Shown: piece after piece, positions 18,484 to 26,992 of the stretch
Layout: each line of letters starts with the position of its first letter
Position numbering within the stretch: the stretch's first letter is position 1
Source of the DNA: a virus
Taxonomy: Duplodnaviria > Caudoviricetes
Length of the DNA: 64,000 nt
IMG/VR virus record: IMGVR_UViG_2920580016_000003
Span: 12,918-76,917 of that record
Direction: 5' to 3' (one strand)
The notes under the pieces: model-generated
The model's database searches: none
Seen by the model: only the letters and a program-made list of their open reading frames with translations
What the model was told of the DNA's origin: nothing
Program-made: the position numbers and the translations under genes

Positions 18484-18728
18484 GTAGCGTGAATGACTTG
18501 CCAAGTTGGGGCCATGTGATTGCCAGAACGGTCGTCTTTCTCGCGTTGGTGGCTGGAAGTCAGATCGTGGTGGTGTACCTGCTGACGGGCGAATGGTTCG
18601 GCAACCCGGATGATCACCCGTTGTGGGTGGGCCCGGTCTCGGGTGCGCTCGCGGTTGTGAACGCGGTGGGAACAGTCGTCGCCGGGCTCATGCTCTCCGA
18701 GTCGCAAAAGGAGATCGAGCGTGGATGA
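18480..18728 (+). CDS. Two-TM membrane protein
   Basis: Hydrophobic VVFLALVAGSQIVVVYLL and VSGALAVVNAVGTVVAGLML. Confidence 0.6.
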   Translation: MSSVNDLPSWGHVIARTVVFLALVAGSQIVVVYLLTGEWFGNPDDHPLWVGPVSGALAVVNAVGTVVAGLMLSESQKEIERG

Positions 18729-18759
18729 CCTGGTCGCTTTCCTGCGGGCGCGGCCGTGA
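18721..18759 (+). pseudogene. 12-codon remnant resembling the start of DUF6221-type proteins
   Basis: GTG-DDLVAFLRARP-TGA with GGAG upstream. Confidence 0.4.
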
Positions 18760-18998
18760 GCGACTGGCTGACCGACCTCAAGTTCAGGACCCAGATGAAC
18801 GGCGGCACACCGCTTGAGGTGGCATGCAACCCGGACGATGCCGACCGGGTCCGCGCGTCCGCCGAGCAGGCTGGTATCGCCGATCTCATAGAGGTCGTGC
18901 CTACCTACATCGTCCCGCCCGGCTACGCGTACGTGCCGAACGAGCGGAACCTGTCCGAAAACTTCTACGAGGCGCTCCAGATCGAGCGATGGTTCTGA
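18756..18998 (+). CDS. Hypothetical protein
   Basis: GTGA coupling. Confidence 0.55.
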   Translation: MSDWLTDLKFRTQMNGGTPLEVACNPDDADRVRASAEQAGIADLIEVVPTYIVPPGYAYVPNERNLSENFYEALQIERWF

Positions 18999-19001
18999 TC
19001 G

Positions 19002-19397
19002 TCAGGGCTGAGCGCCTTCGACATCGGCTCTGCGCAGCGCCTGCAACATGTAGATCAGCGCCAGTCGATGCTGCTCTGCGACGCCGGGCGTCTGCCAGAT
19101 GTGCTGCGCAGCCGGATCCTTGAATCGGTGCGGCCCGGTCTCCTGATTGTTGTTGCCAGATGTGGACATGTCGCCCTTGAGGAGGCCGTCGATGGTGCCT
19201 GCCTCCCATTCGAGCGCGCGTTCCAGCTTTGCTTTGATGAGATCGCTCAGCGGGGATTGCTGGGTACGGATACGCCGGAGATGAGATGTTGAGATGCCTG
19301 CACGTGTCGCGACTTTCTCCCACGGGAGATGAAGCGTGGCCCGCCGCTTGTCGATCTCGGAGATGAGTCGGCGTACGAGGTGGCTGTCGATGCTCAT
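19002..19397 (-). CDS. XRE-like HTH regulator
   Basis: RRATLHLPWEKVATRAGISTSHLRRIR...LERALEWEAGTIDGLL; antisense to the operon, lower GC. Confidence 0.75.
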   Translation of the reverse strand: MSIDSHLVRRLISEIDKRRATLHLPWEKVATRAGISTSHLRRIRTQQSPLSDLIKAKLERALEWEAGTIDGLLKGDMSTSGNNNQETGPHRFKDPAAQHIWQTPGVAEQHRLALIYMLQALRRADVEGAQP

Positions 19398-19540
19398 GCG
19401 GGAAGTCTCGGCGTACTGCTGATTGTCTGCAACTGCTCGCTTATGGGCGACCGCATGAGCGACGAGATGACCGCGACTCCGCTGATAGCGGCTCTCACAG
19501 ATTCGCCGCTTTCTGTAGTCGGCTGGTATCTATGTGTGCC

Positions 19541-19684
19541 ATGTCTGAGATCGAGCGTCTGCCGTGCGACCTGTTTCCGGTCGCCGACGGCGTGCTCGTC
19601 GTGCCGTACACCCTCCCGTTCCTGGTGCCCGACAAGGCGCTGCCGTTGACCGTCGCAGAATGGTTGGGCGTGACGCCGGGTTGA
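19541..19684 (+). CDS. 47-aa hypothetical protein divergent from the XRE gene (not in track)
   Basis: MSEIERLPCDLFPVADGVLVVPYTLPFLVPDKALPLTVAEWLGVTPG; TATCTA element shortly upstream. Confidence 0.45.
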   Translation: MSEIERLPCDLFPVADGVLVVPYTLPFLVPDKALPLTVAEWLGVTPG

Positions 19685-19779
19685 ACGCGGTCAGGACCTT
19701 GTGTAACACTTCCTGCAGTCACGACACCTATGCCCTCACGCCCAGGCGCGGGGGCTTCGCGCATTTCCGGGGGTGCACC

Positions 19780-20031
19780 ATCGACCCCGAGCCCGTCACC
19801 GCCACCACCGCCGCGAAACGCCTCCGCCGGAAGCCGGTCACGATCCGGCAGTGGGCGCGCCGATACGCCGCCCGCCAGCTCGGCACGATCGACCGGGCCG
19901 TCTACTACGACTGGGACGATCTCGCCACGATCGACGGGTGCATGGCGCGCGGCGAGGACGTCCCGGCGACACCGGAGGGACGTGACCGGCTGCGGGCCGA
20001 ACTCCGCGCACGCTGGCGGAACGCCGCCTAG
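19780..20031 (+). CDS. Small HTH protein at the head of the late region (start uncertain)
   Basis: VTATTAAKRLRRKPVTIRQWARRY...VYYDWDDLATI; no canonical in-frame start next to the GGGGGTG RBS-like motif. Confidence 0.6.
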   Translation: MDPEPVTATTAAKRLRRKPVTIRQWARRYAARQLGTIDRAVYYDWDDLATIDGCMARGEDVPATPEGRDRLRAELRARWRNAA

Positions 20032-20312
20032 TTCTCGTCGACCAGCCGGATCGCGGCGGGACTGTACCGGAACCAGCCCATGTACCGGCGGTACGGGGTG
20101 GCGCTCCACTCGATGTGGCAGTCGAGCCCGGCACGGCCTTGATGCCAGCAGTCGAGGACGCCAGGATGCCACTGGCCGTCATCGCACAGCACGTCGACGA
20201 CTTTGCGCGGGTGGACGCTGCTCTGCGGGCCGGCGTCGTCGAGCGTGGCCTGCCGCAGCATGGGGCGCGGGTCTTGATGCCACTCCGCGCACGTTCCGGG
20301 AACGATCACCAT
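20028..20312 (-). CDS. Small hypothetical protein, probably SOS-regulated and leaderless
   Basis: ATG at 20312, 6 nt after GAGAAT -10; VDVLCDDGQWHPGVLDCW. Confidence 0.6.
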   Translation of the reverse strand: MVIVPGTCAEWHQDPRPMLRQATLDDAGPQSSVHPRKVVDVLCDDGQWHPGVLDCWHQGRAGLDCHIEWSATPYRRYMGWFRYSPAAIRLVDEN

Positions 20313-20322
20313 CCCGCCATTC

Positions 20323-20338
20323 TCGTACACCCGTTCGA
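20323..20338. promoter_or_regulatory. LexA SOS box (actinobacterial type)
   Basis: TCGTAC-ACCC-GTTCGA versus consensus TCGAAC-N4-GTTCGA (one mismatch), overlapping the promoter of 20028-20312. Confidence 0.65.
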
Positions 20339-20362
20339 TGCTCGGCTAGGCGGGGGTGGATC

Positions 20363-20872
20363 GTGGCCACCGTCCGCCAATACCTCGCACCCGAAGAGGC
20401 CGTGTTCGGGCCGTCCGCATTCCCGCAGTACGTCCGCAACTACGGGTCGCAGTTCACCGTGTCGGGGCTCGCCTACGATGCCTCGGCGAGCGAGGTCGCC
20501 TACTGGAAATTCGCCACCTTCGGCTACGGCTCCGGCAACATCACCTGCGACGTGATCTGGTACGCCGACACCTCCACCACGGCGTCAGACGGGGTGACCT
20601 GGCAGGTGGCGATCGCCGCCATCACACCCGGCGTCGACACCCAGAACGTCGAAACAAAGGCGCTCGCCGCCAACCAGCAGGCCAGCACCGACCTCGGCGG
20701 CACCAGCCCACAGAAGCTGATGAAAACCACGGTCACGATCACCAACCTCGACTCGGTCGCCGCCGACGACGAAGTGTGGATCAAAGTCACCCGGCTCGTC
20801 TCCGACGCAGGCGACGATCTGACCGGCGACGCCATCCTCACCTCGGTCCGGCTCTCCTACAGCGACACGTAG
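20363..20872 (+). CDS. Putative virion structural protein (beta-rich)
   Basis: GGGGGTGG RBS; Gly/Thr/Ala/Val-rich; ends DAILTSVRLSY. Confidence 0.65.
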   Translation: MATVRQYLAPEEAVFGPSAFPQYVRNYGSQFTVSGLAYDASASEVAYWKFATFGYGSGNITCDVIWYADTSTTASDGVTWQVAIAAITPGVDTQNVETKALAANQQASTDLGGTSPQKLMKTTVTITNLDSVAADDEVWIKVTRLVSDAGDDLTGDAILTSVRLSYSDT

Positions 20873-20883
20873 GAGGCTCCCCG

Positions 20884-21939
20884 GTGGCTGTCCGTTTCGA
20901 CGCCGACGGCGAGTCCTACACCAGGTCAACCGGCCTCGGCACAGTCACAAACTGGAGCGTCGCCTGCTGGGCGAAACTCGCCGTAGACCGGGCCGCGACC
21001 ACCGTCGTCTGGCAGATCGACGACGGCGCCGGCGCCACCTATCTCCGCGTCAACGCATGGAACGGCACCGCCCTAACCTTCCAGACCAGCGGCAACAGCT
21101 GGTTCGGGCTCGCCGGCCACACCCTGGTCATCGACGAGTGGACGTTCATCGGCCTGTCATCGACCGCGAACCCCGGCCAAGCCCGCGTCCGCATCCGCAC
21201 CGCCAGTTCCTCCACGTTCGTCGGCGGCTCTCCGACCCAGGCCAACGTCACCATCTCCGCCGCCACCCTGCGCATCGGCGACGGGCAGGGAGCGTCCGAG
21301 TGGCTCAACGGCAGCATCGCGGCGGTCAAAGCCTGGGATGCCGCGTTGACCATGGACGAGCTCGAGCTGGAGTCCTGGCAATACCTGCCGCAACGCACCG
21401 CGAACCTGCGCGCCTGGTATCCGTTCGTCCGGGTCGAAGGCACGGACCTCAGCGGCAACAGCCAGACGCTCAGCGGCGGCACCGGTGCGGCCCTCGACGA
21501 CGGGCCGCCGATCTCGTGGTCGACCGGCCGGCACCGCACCGGCGTCCGCGTCCTCGACACGGTGACGGGCAGCCTGGCCGGAACCCTCCCGACAGCCACC
21601 GCCTCCAGCGCGGGCACGGTAACCGTCTCAGGGACGCTCACCGCCCTCGCCCCGGCCGCGACAGCGGACCTGACCGGAAACCTCAACACGAACCATCTCG
21701 CCGGTGTCCTGCCCGCGGCGACCGCATCCATGGCCGCCACAGTGGAAGTGTCCGGCAGCGCGGCCTCGACCATTCCCGCCGCGGCGGGAGCGTTCGCGGG
21801 CGAGGTGGAGATCCCCGCCAACGACATCACCGTCACCCCCGGACCCCTGGCCCGCGGCTGGCAGTCGACGCCCCCCGACCGCTCGTGGAAGTCCGGAACG
21901 GCTGGCCGCGGCTGGAAGACGGGCACGCCCACCACCTGA
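20884..21939 (+). CDS. LamG/concanavalin-like domain protein with Ala/Thr stalk
   Basis: WSVACWAK, WTFIGL, LNGSIAAVKAWDAALT..EL; stalk repeats; C-terminal RGW/RSW/RGW motifs. Confidence 0.8.
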   Translation: MAVRFDADGESYTRSTGLGTVTNWSVACWAKLAVDRAATTVVWQIDDGAGATYLRVNAWNGTALTFQTSGNSWFGLAGHTLVIDEWTFIGLSSTANPGQARVRIRTASSSTFVGGSPTQANVTISAATLRIGDGQGASEWLNGSIAAVKAWDAALTMDELELESWQYLPQRTANLRAWYPFVRVEGTDLSGNSQTLSGGTGAALDDGPPISWSTGRHRTGVRVLDTVTGSLAGTLPTATASSAGTVTVSGTLTALAPAATADLTGNLNTNHLAGVLPAATASMAATVEVSGSAASTIPAAAGAFAGEVEIPANDITVTPGPLARGWQSTPPDRSWKSGTAGRGWKTGTPTT

Positions 21940-21946
21940 CCGGGAG

Positions 21947-22243
21947 GTGCCGCGGTTGCTCACCATTCCCAGCCTGTCGACCGAGTACGTGAAGGTCCCG
22001 ATCGTGGACGGCCCGGCGAATCTGACCTCGTTGACGGTGCAGATGGCGATCGTCGCGCAAGGTCAGGACCCGGTGTCCGGCGACTGGAAGTCAGCGTCCT
22101 GGGTTGGCACGTCCGCCGCTGTGTTGATCGGCCCGGCGACCGCGCTGCCGCTCGTCAAGGGGACGACGTACGGCGTCTGGGTGAAAATCACGTCCAGCCC
22201 CGAAATCCCGGTGCTCGGCCCGTTCGACCTCCACATCTCCTGA
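21947..22243 (+). CDS. Small Ig-like adaptor (copy 1)
   Basis: STEYVKVP...DWKSASW...LIGP...TYGVWVKITSSPEIPV; paralog of 28561. Confidence 0.7.
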   Translation: MPRLLTIPSLSTEYVKVPIVDGPANLTSLTVQMAIVAQGQDPVSGDWKSASWVGTSAAVLIGPATALPLVKGTTYGVWVKITSSPEIPVLGPFDLHIS

Positions 22244-22258
22244 AGGGCGAGGTGAACG

Positions 22259-22666
22259 ATGGCCTTCCGGATCCCCACCGCGGTCCGCAACGCGGCCTGT
22301 GACGCGATCGTTGACGCGCTCGACGCCGGCGCGGGCGCGGCCACGATCGAAGTCCGGTCGGGCAGCCAGCCCGCGTCGGCGAACGACGCCGCTGGCGGCA
22401 CCGTGCTCGCCACCTTCACCCTCGCTGACCCTGCCTTCGGCGCAGCGGCCAACGGCGTCGCGAACCTGGCCAGCACGCCCCGCTCGACCACGGGCAGCGC
22501 CGCAGGTACGGCCGGCTGGTTCCGCGCTAAAGACAGCTCGGGCAACACCGTGTTCGACGGCAGCGTCGGCACGTCGGGCGCCGACATGAACCTGAACACG
22601 CTCACGATCAGCGTCGGCGTGACGGTCGAGTTGACCAGCGGCACCGTCACCATGCCCGCGGGCTGA
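22259..22666 (+). CDS. Putative phage fibre/decoration protein
   Basis: RNAACDAIV...IEVRSGSQPASAN...LATFTL...GTAGWFR...FDGSVG; type of protein common in virion gene blocks. Confidence 0.65.
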   Translation: MAFRIPTAVRNAACDAIVDALDAGAGAATIEVRSGSQPASANDAAGGTVLATFTLADPAFGAAANGVANLASTPRSTTGSAAGTAGWFRAKDSSGNTVFDGSVGTSGADMNLNTLTISVGVTVELTSGTVTMPAG

Positions 22667-22667
22667 C

Positions 22668-22880
22668 GTGGCCGATCAGCACCAGCAGGCACGCTGGTGG
22701 CCGCGCCTCCATCTCGCCCTGACCTTCGTCTGGATCGCGTTGATTCCGCCGACCTTGCTGTGGTGGCGGGACAGCGTCACATGGGTCGCCCTGATGAGCC
22801 TGTGGGCGAACATCGCCTCGCATTTCGCCGCCTGGCAAGCCGCCCGCACCGAGCGCCGGCTTGACCACGACAACCCGTAA
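22668..22880 (+). CDS. Small membrane protein
   Basis: Two TM segments: LHLALTFVWIALIPPTLLWW, VTWVALMSLWANIA. Confidence 0.7.
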   Translation: MADQHQQARWWPRLHLALTFVWIALIPPTLLWWRDSVTWVALMSLWANIASHFAAWQAARTERRLDHDNP

Positions 22881-22916
22881 CGCCCGCTCGCCGAGCTCCG
22901 CATCGGAGGAACTGTC

Positions 22917-23570
22917 ATGCCGTTCAACGACCTCGGCAAGAATTCGTCCCTGAAGTCGGGCACGGGCGGCGGCGTCGCCAACATCATCACCCATGTCGGC
23001 GTTCACACGTTGACAGATCCCGGCACCGGGACGAACGCGAACGCCGGGGAAGCCACCGGCGGCTCACCGGCCTACGCGCGGCAGGCTGTCACGTTCGGCA
23101 CCCCGTCCGGCGGCCAAGTCTCCAACACCGGCGCGCTTACGTTCGACGTACCCAGCGGCACCTACGGGTTTCTGACCTTCTGGAACGCGAGCACGGGCAA
23201 CACGAACAACTTCCTGGGGTATGCGCCGATCAACGGCACGGTTAAAGGTTTCGGCACCGTCGACACGGCTGGGGTGACGGCGGACGCGATCCAGTCCGCA
23301 GGGCACGGGCTTGTAGACGGCGACCGGGTGATGGTCTACAACGTGTTCGCCGAGTCGCTCCCGGCCGGGTTGACCGAGGGCACGATCTACTTCGTGGTGA
23401 GCAGCGCGACGGACACGTTTGAGGTGTCGCTGACCAGCGGCGGCGCGTCGGTGAACATCACCGGCTCGGGAGAGCTGTACTTCCAGAAGGTGATCCCCGA
23501 GACGTTCGGGTCGCAAGGCCAGATCACGGTCGCGGTCGGCGCGCTCACCCTCGACGCCACCGGCATCTAG
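22917..23570 (+). CDS. Phage tail-fibre-like protein
   Basis: EATGGSPAYARQAVTF...SNTGALTF...FWNASTG; inserted AGHGLVDGDRV domain. Confidence 0.7.
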   Translation: MPFNDLGKNSSLKSGTGGGVANIITHVGVHTLTDPGTGTNANAGEATGGSPAYARQAVTFGTPSGGQVSNTGALTFDVPSGTYGFLTFWNASTGNTNNFLGYAPINGTVKGFGTVDTAGVTADAIQSAGHGLVDGDRVMVYNVFAESLPAGLTEGTIYFVVSSATDTFEVSLTSGGASVNITGSGELYFQKVIPETFGSQGQITVAVGALTLDATGI

Positions 23571-23584
23571 CGTCCCGCACGGCG

Positions 23585-24280
23585 ATGGCCGCTCCAGCGT
23601 TCGAAGCGGCGGGCGCCGCCGTGGTCGACATTCTCGCGTCGGCCGACATCGCGGCCCCAGAGGGGACGGCGGCAGGCAAGCTCGTCTTGGTCACCATGTT
23701 TTTGGACGGCGACGCCCTCACCGTCACCCCAGCGGCCGGTTTTACGGCAGCGGAAGGCATCCCGTCCCAGATCACCGGCGTCAGTGGCTCCCACAGCCTG
23801 TACGTGTGGTGGAAGAGGCTCACGGGCGCTGACCTGGGGCCTTACACGTTTTCGTGGGGTACGGACCGCTATGTGGAGACGTTCTCCACCCTCTACAACA
23901 ACGTCGTCGCCAGCGGGACACCTTTCGACAGCCCCACCGATACGGCCCAGGACACTGCCAACGACACCGTCACACCCGCCGTGGATGTCACCTCGCTGGG
24001 CCCGGACAGATTGCTCGTTTGGGGTGGCACGAACTGGGCGGGCGGCGCGTGGACGCAACCCACAAGCTTCGCCAGCCGCTACAACACTGCCGGGGTCGTC
24101 TCGCTGGCTGACCGTTCCTGGCCGACCGCGGGCAACTCCGGCCCGGTCACCGGCACGTGCACCGGCAGCGACAAGAGAACCGCTTGGCTCGGCGCCATGA
24201 TCGGCACCACCGGCGGCGCCGCAGCGGCCGCTTCTCCGCCCTCGCGCCGTCCAGGCATGGGCGCGCTACTCCAGCTCTAA
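23585..24280 (+). CDS. Putative virion structural protein
   Basis: Beta-rich, GDLVLV-like and LYVWWK motifs. Confidence 0.6.
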   Translation: MAAPAFEAAGAAVVDILASADIAAPEGTAAGKLVLVTMFLDGDALTVTPAAGFTAAEGIPSQITGVSGSHSLYVWWKRLTGADLGPYTFSWGTDRYVETFSTLYNNVVASGTPFDSPTDTAQDTANDTVTPAVDVTSLGPDRLLVWGGTNWAGGAWTQPTSFASRYNTAGVVSLADRSWPTAGNSGPVTGTCTGSDKRTAWLGAMIGTTGGAAAAASPPSRRPGMGALLQL

Positions 24281-24298
24281 CCTCGGACGGAGGCAGCC

Positions 24299-24778
24299 GT
24301 GGCAGCCCAAAGAGGCGTCTACACCGTCGTGTTTCAGGCGCAGACGATCGCCGCCGCGTCCGGCGACTACGACCTGTTCGAGCTGGACGCCGCCGCAGGG
24401 AAACCCGTCGAGATCGTGGCGGTGAAGCTCGGCAACAAGAGCGAGACGGGCGATGCCGGCGAAGAGATGCTCGAGTACGCGATTGTCCGCGGCAACACCA
24501 CGACCGGCAACGGCACCGCCACGACTCCGCGCCCCCTGGACCCTAGCGACGGGGCGGCCAGTTTCACCGCCAAGACGGTGTCGTCGACCCCGGCGAGCGC
24601 CGGGACGGCCGTCACTCTCGTCGCCGACACGTTCAACATTCGCGCAGGCCTGCCGGAGATTTATCCGGAACTGATGAGGCCGAAGACGGCGGAAGCTGAC
24701 CTGCTATGCGTCCGACTGATCACCGCGGTCGCCGACGATGTCACGTTGAGCGGCACGCTCTGGGTGCGGGAACTGTGA
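24299..24778 (+). CDS. Putative virion structural protein
   Basis: GGAGG RBS; ends VTLSGTLWVREL. Confidence 0.6.
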   Translation: MAAQRGVYTVVFQAQTIAAASGDYDLFELDAAAGKPVEIVAVKLGNKSETGDAGEEMLEYAIVRGNTTTGNGTATTPRPLDPSDGAASFTAKTVSSTPASAGTAVTLVADTFNIRAGLPEIYPELMRPKTAEADLLCVRLITAVADDVTLSGTLWVREL

Positions 24779-24781
24779 CAC

Positions 24782-25237
24782 ATGCCGCTGTTCGGGCCCG
24801 CGGCCTTGCCGCCGCGCCGGCCACGCCGACTCGTTTTCACGCTGGGGGGTGTCGTGGCCGATAGCGCAGTGCCGATCACCCCCGGCAGCGGTGCGAACAT
24901 CGACACGTACCAGATCGCGGGCGGCGACCACCAGCAGATCGTCCGCGAAGCGCGCGCCACCGCCATCACCACCAACACCTGGACGGTCAGCACGACAGCG
25001 TCCGCCTCGCAGATCGCCGCCGACGCAGGCCGCCTCACCGTCGTCATGGTTTCGTTGGCGAGCGCCCGCGTCTACCTGCGGTTCGACGCGACCGCGCCGA
25101 CCGCGGCCGCCCACCACTGGTATCTCGATCCGGGCGACCGGTACGAGGTGCCGCCCGAACTCGCCACCCTGGCCATCAGCATGCTGGGCCAGTCCGCTGG
25201 CGGCACCATCCTGACCACGCTGGCGACGGCGAGCTGA
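24782..25237 (+). CDS. Putative virion structural protein
   Basis: In late operon, Ala/Thr-rich. Confidence 0.55.
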   Translation: MPLFGPAALPPRRPRRLVFTLGGVVADSAVPITPGSGANIDTYQIAGGDHQQIVREARATAITTNTWTVSTTASASQIAADAGRLTVVMVSLASARVYLRFDATAPTAAAHHWYLDPGDRYEVPPELATLAISMLGQSAGGTILTTLATAS

Positions 25238-25240
25238 ACG

Positions 25241-26977
25241 ATGCCGATCTCCCCGCGCGCCGTCTACTCCAACCCGGACATGTGGAACACGTTCGGCCAC
25301 TCCTACCTGCAGTTCACCGGCGGCAGCGTGGATCAGACCGGCCGGTTTGATGCGATCTTCCGGGCGATGTTGGACATCGAATACACCAACTGGCGCAACC
25401 GGGCCGTGTCCGGCGCCCAGTTGATCCTGGAGGGCCGCAAGCTGGGCGGGTTCGGGCGCGTGTTCCAGGAGTGCGGCAAGAACACCGGACGGGGCGCCCC
25501 GTACACGGCGGACGGCGGCGCGCTGCTGATGTGCTACGGCATCAACGACCTCGGCGGCAACGGCACCGGGCCGTCCACGTTTACGGCGTTGCGGACCAAC
25601 TTCATCCACACGATGCGGGCCTGCATCAGCTTGTGGCGGGCCGCCCGCGTCTGGGACAACACGTCAGCGTCCGGCATCGCCTACGGTGCCGGGTTCACGC
25701 AGGTGAACGGCACCTCCAACTGGTCGTTCGGCAGCAGCACACATGCGGCGACCGCGTTGACGAACGCCAACTTCACGATCACCCTGCCGAGCGATTACGC
25801 CGGCGAACCGGTCGTGATCTGCTTCGACAGTCAGTCCACGAACGGCGGCACCGTCACGTTCGGCGGCACAGCCGGGGTGACCGGCACTTTCTCCGTGTCG
25901 AACATCAACAACGTGCTGTTCAACCACAGCAAAGCGGTCAAGCGGATCACGAACCTGACCGCCGCCAACGCCGGACAGACGATCACCGTGACGGTCACCC
26001 AGTTGGACTCGGGCGGCACCGTCGCTTTCGACTGCTGGTGGCTGGAAGCCAAAGCCGCGCCTCCGATCATCGTGTGCAACGTCGCCCGGTTGCCCGCCAA
26101 CGGGTACGCCATCTACACCAACTGGACCGGCACCGAAGCCGCCAAGGACGCCGAAGTCGTCGCACTCAACGGCGACATCAACGCGCTGGTCGCCGAGTTC
26201 GACGCGATGGTGCAGGTCGCCGACATCGACAGCGCGTTGAACAAGACCTCCGCCTATTTCTGGGATGGGTTGCATCCCAACGAGCTGGGGTCGGCGAAGT
26301 GCGCGGACGCCTGCATGACGGCGTTGCGCCGGATGAGTCCGACGACGGAGCACGGCATCGCCGTCAATTTCAACGTTCCCTCGCCACGGCAGGGAGCGGT
26401 GATCCGCAACCGGATCACCGGTATCTGGTACGCGCCCGAGCACACCTCGCAGGGCACAGCAGGTGTGATGACCGTCCAGACGCAGTATTGGCTGCCGTGG
26501 ATCGTGTCCCAGGGCCGGGAACGCTACATCCAGATCGGCATCCCGGTCACCACCGGCGGCACCACCGGCGACACCATCCGGTGGGGCATCTACGACGACG
26601 TCGGCTGGCTCGGCTACCCGCAAAACCTGGTGACCGAGGTCACCAGCGCGGGCGTGTTCACGATCCCGCCAACCGCCGGCGTGATCGCCGCGTCACCCAC
26701 CTCCGGCACCGGCTCGCTGAATATCACGCTGGATCCCGGCCTGTACTGGCTGTCGATCAAGTGCATCACGCATCCCGGAACCCAGGCCGTCGCCAAACTC
26801 AACGGCCCCTCGGCGTTCCAGCTCCCCAACGTCAACCAGACCACAGGTCTCGTGCTGCTGGGCTGCGGCTACCAGCTCGCGTCCCAAGGCACCGGTGCGC
26901 TCGCTGACGTCGCCCCTGCTCTGACTCCTGCGAACGTCGCTAACAACATGCCTGCCCTCATGTTGAAGCTGTTCTAG
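25241..26977 (+). CDS. SGNH/GDSL hydrolase-domain protein
   Basis: Block I FGHSY, block II SGAQ, block III YGINDL, block V WDGLHPN; extra C-terminal beta domain. Confidence 0.82.
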   Translation: MPISPRAVYSNPDMWNTFGHSYLQFTGGSVDQTGRFDAIFRAMLDIEYTNWRNRAVSGAQLILEGRKLGGFGRVFQECGKNTGRGAPYTADGGALLMCYGINDLGGNGTGPSTFTALRTNFIHTMRACISLWRAARVWDNTSASGIAYGAGFTQVNGTSNWSFGSSTHAATALTNANFTITLPSDYAGEPVVICFDSQSTNGGTVTFGGTAGVTGTFSVSNINNVLFNHSKAVKRITNLTAANAGQTITVTVTQLDSGGTVAFDCWWLEAKAAPPIIVCNVARLPANGYAIYTNWTGTEAAKDAEVVALNGDINALVAEFDAMVQVADIDSALNKTSAYFWDGLHPNELGSAKCADACMTALRRMSPTTEHGIAVNFNVPSPRQGAVIRNRITGIWYAPEHTSQGTAGVMTVQTQYWLPWIVSQGRERYIQIGIPVTTGGTTGDTIRWGIYDDVGWLGYPQNLVTEVTSAGVFTIPPTAGVIAASPTSGTGSLNITLDPGLYWLSIKCITHPGTQAVAKLNGPSAFQLPNVNQTTGLVLLGCGYQLASQGTGALADVAPALTPANVANNMPALMLKLF

Positions 26978-26992
26978 CCGGGGAGGCCGCCG

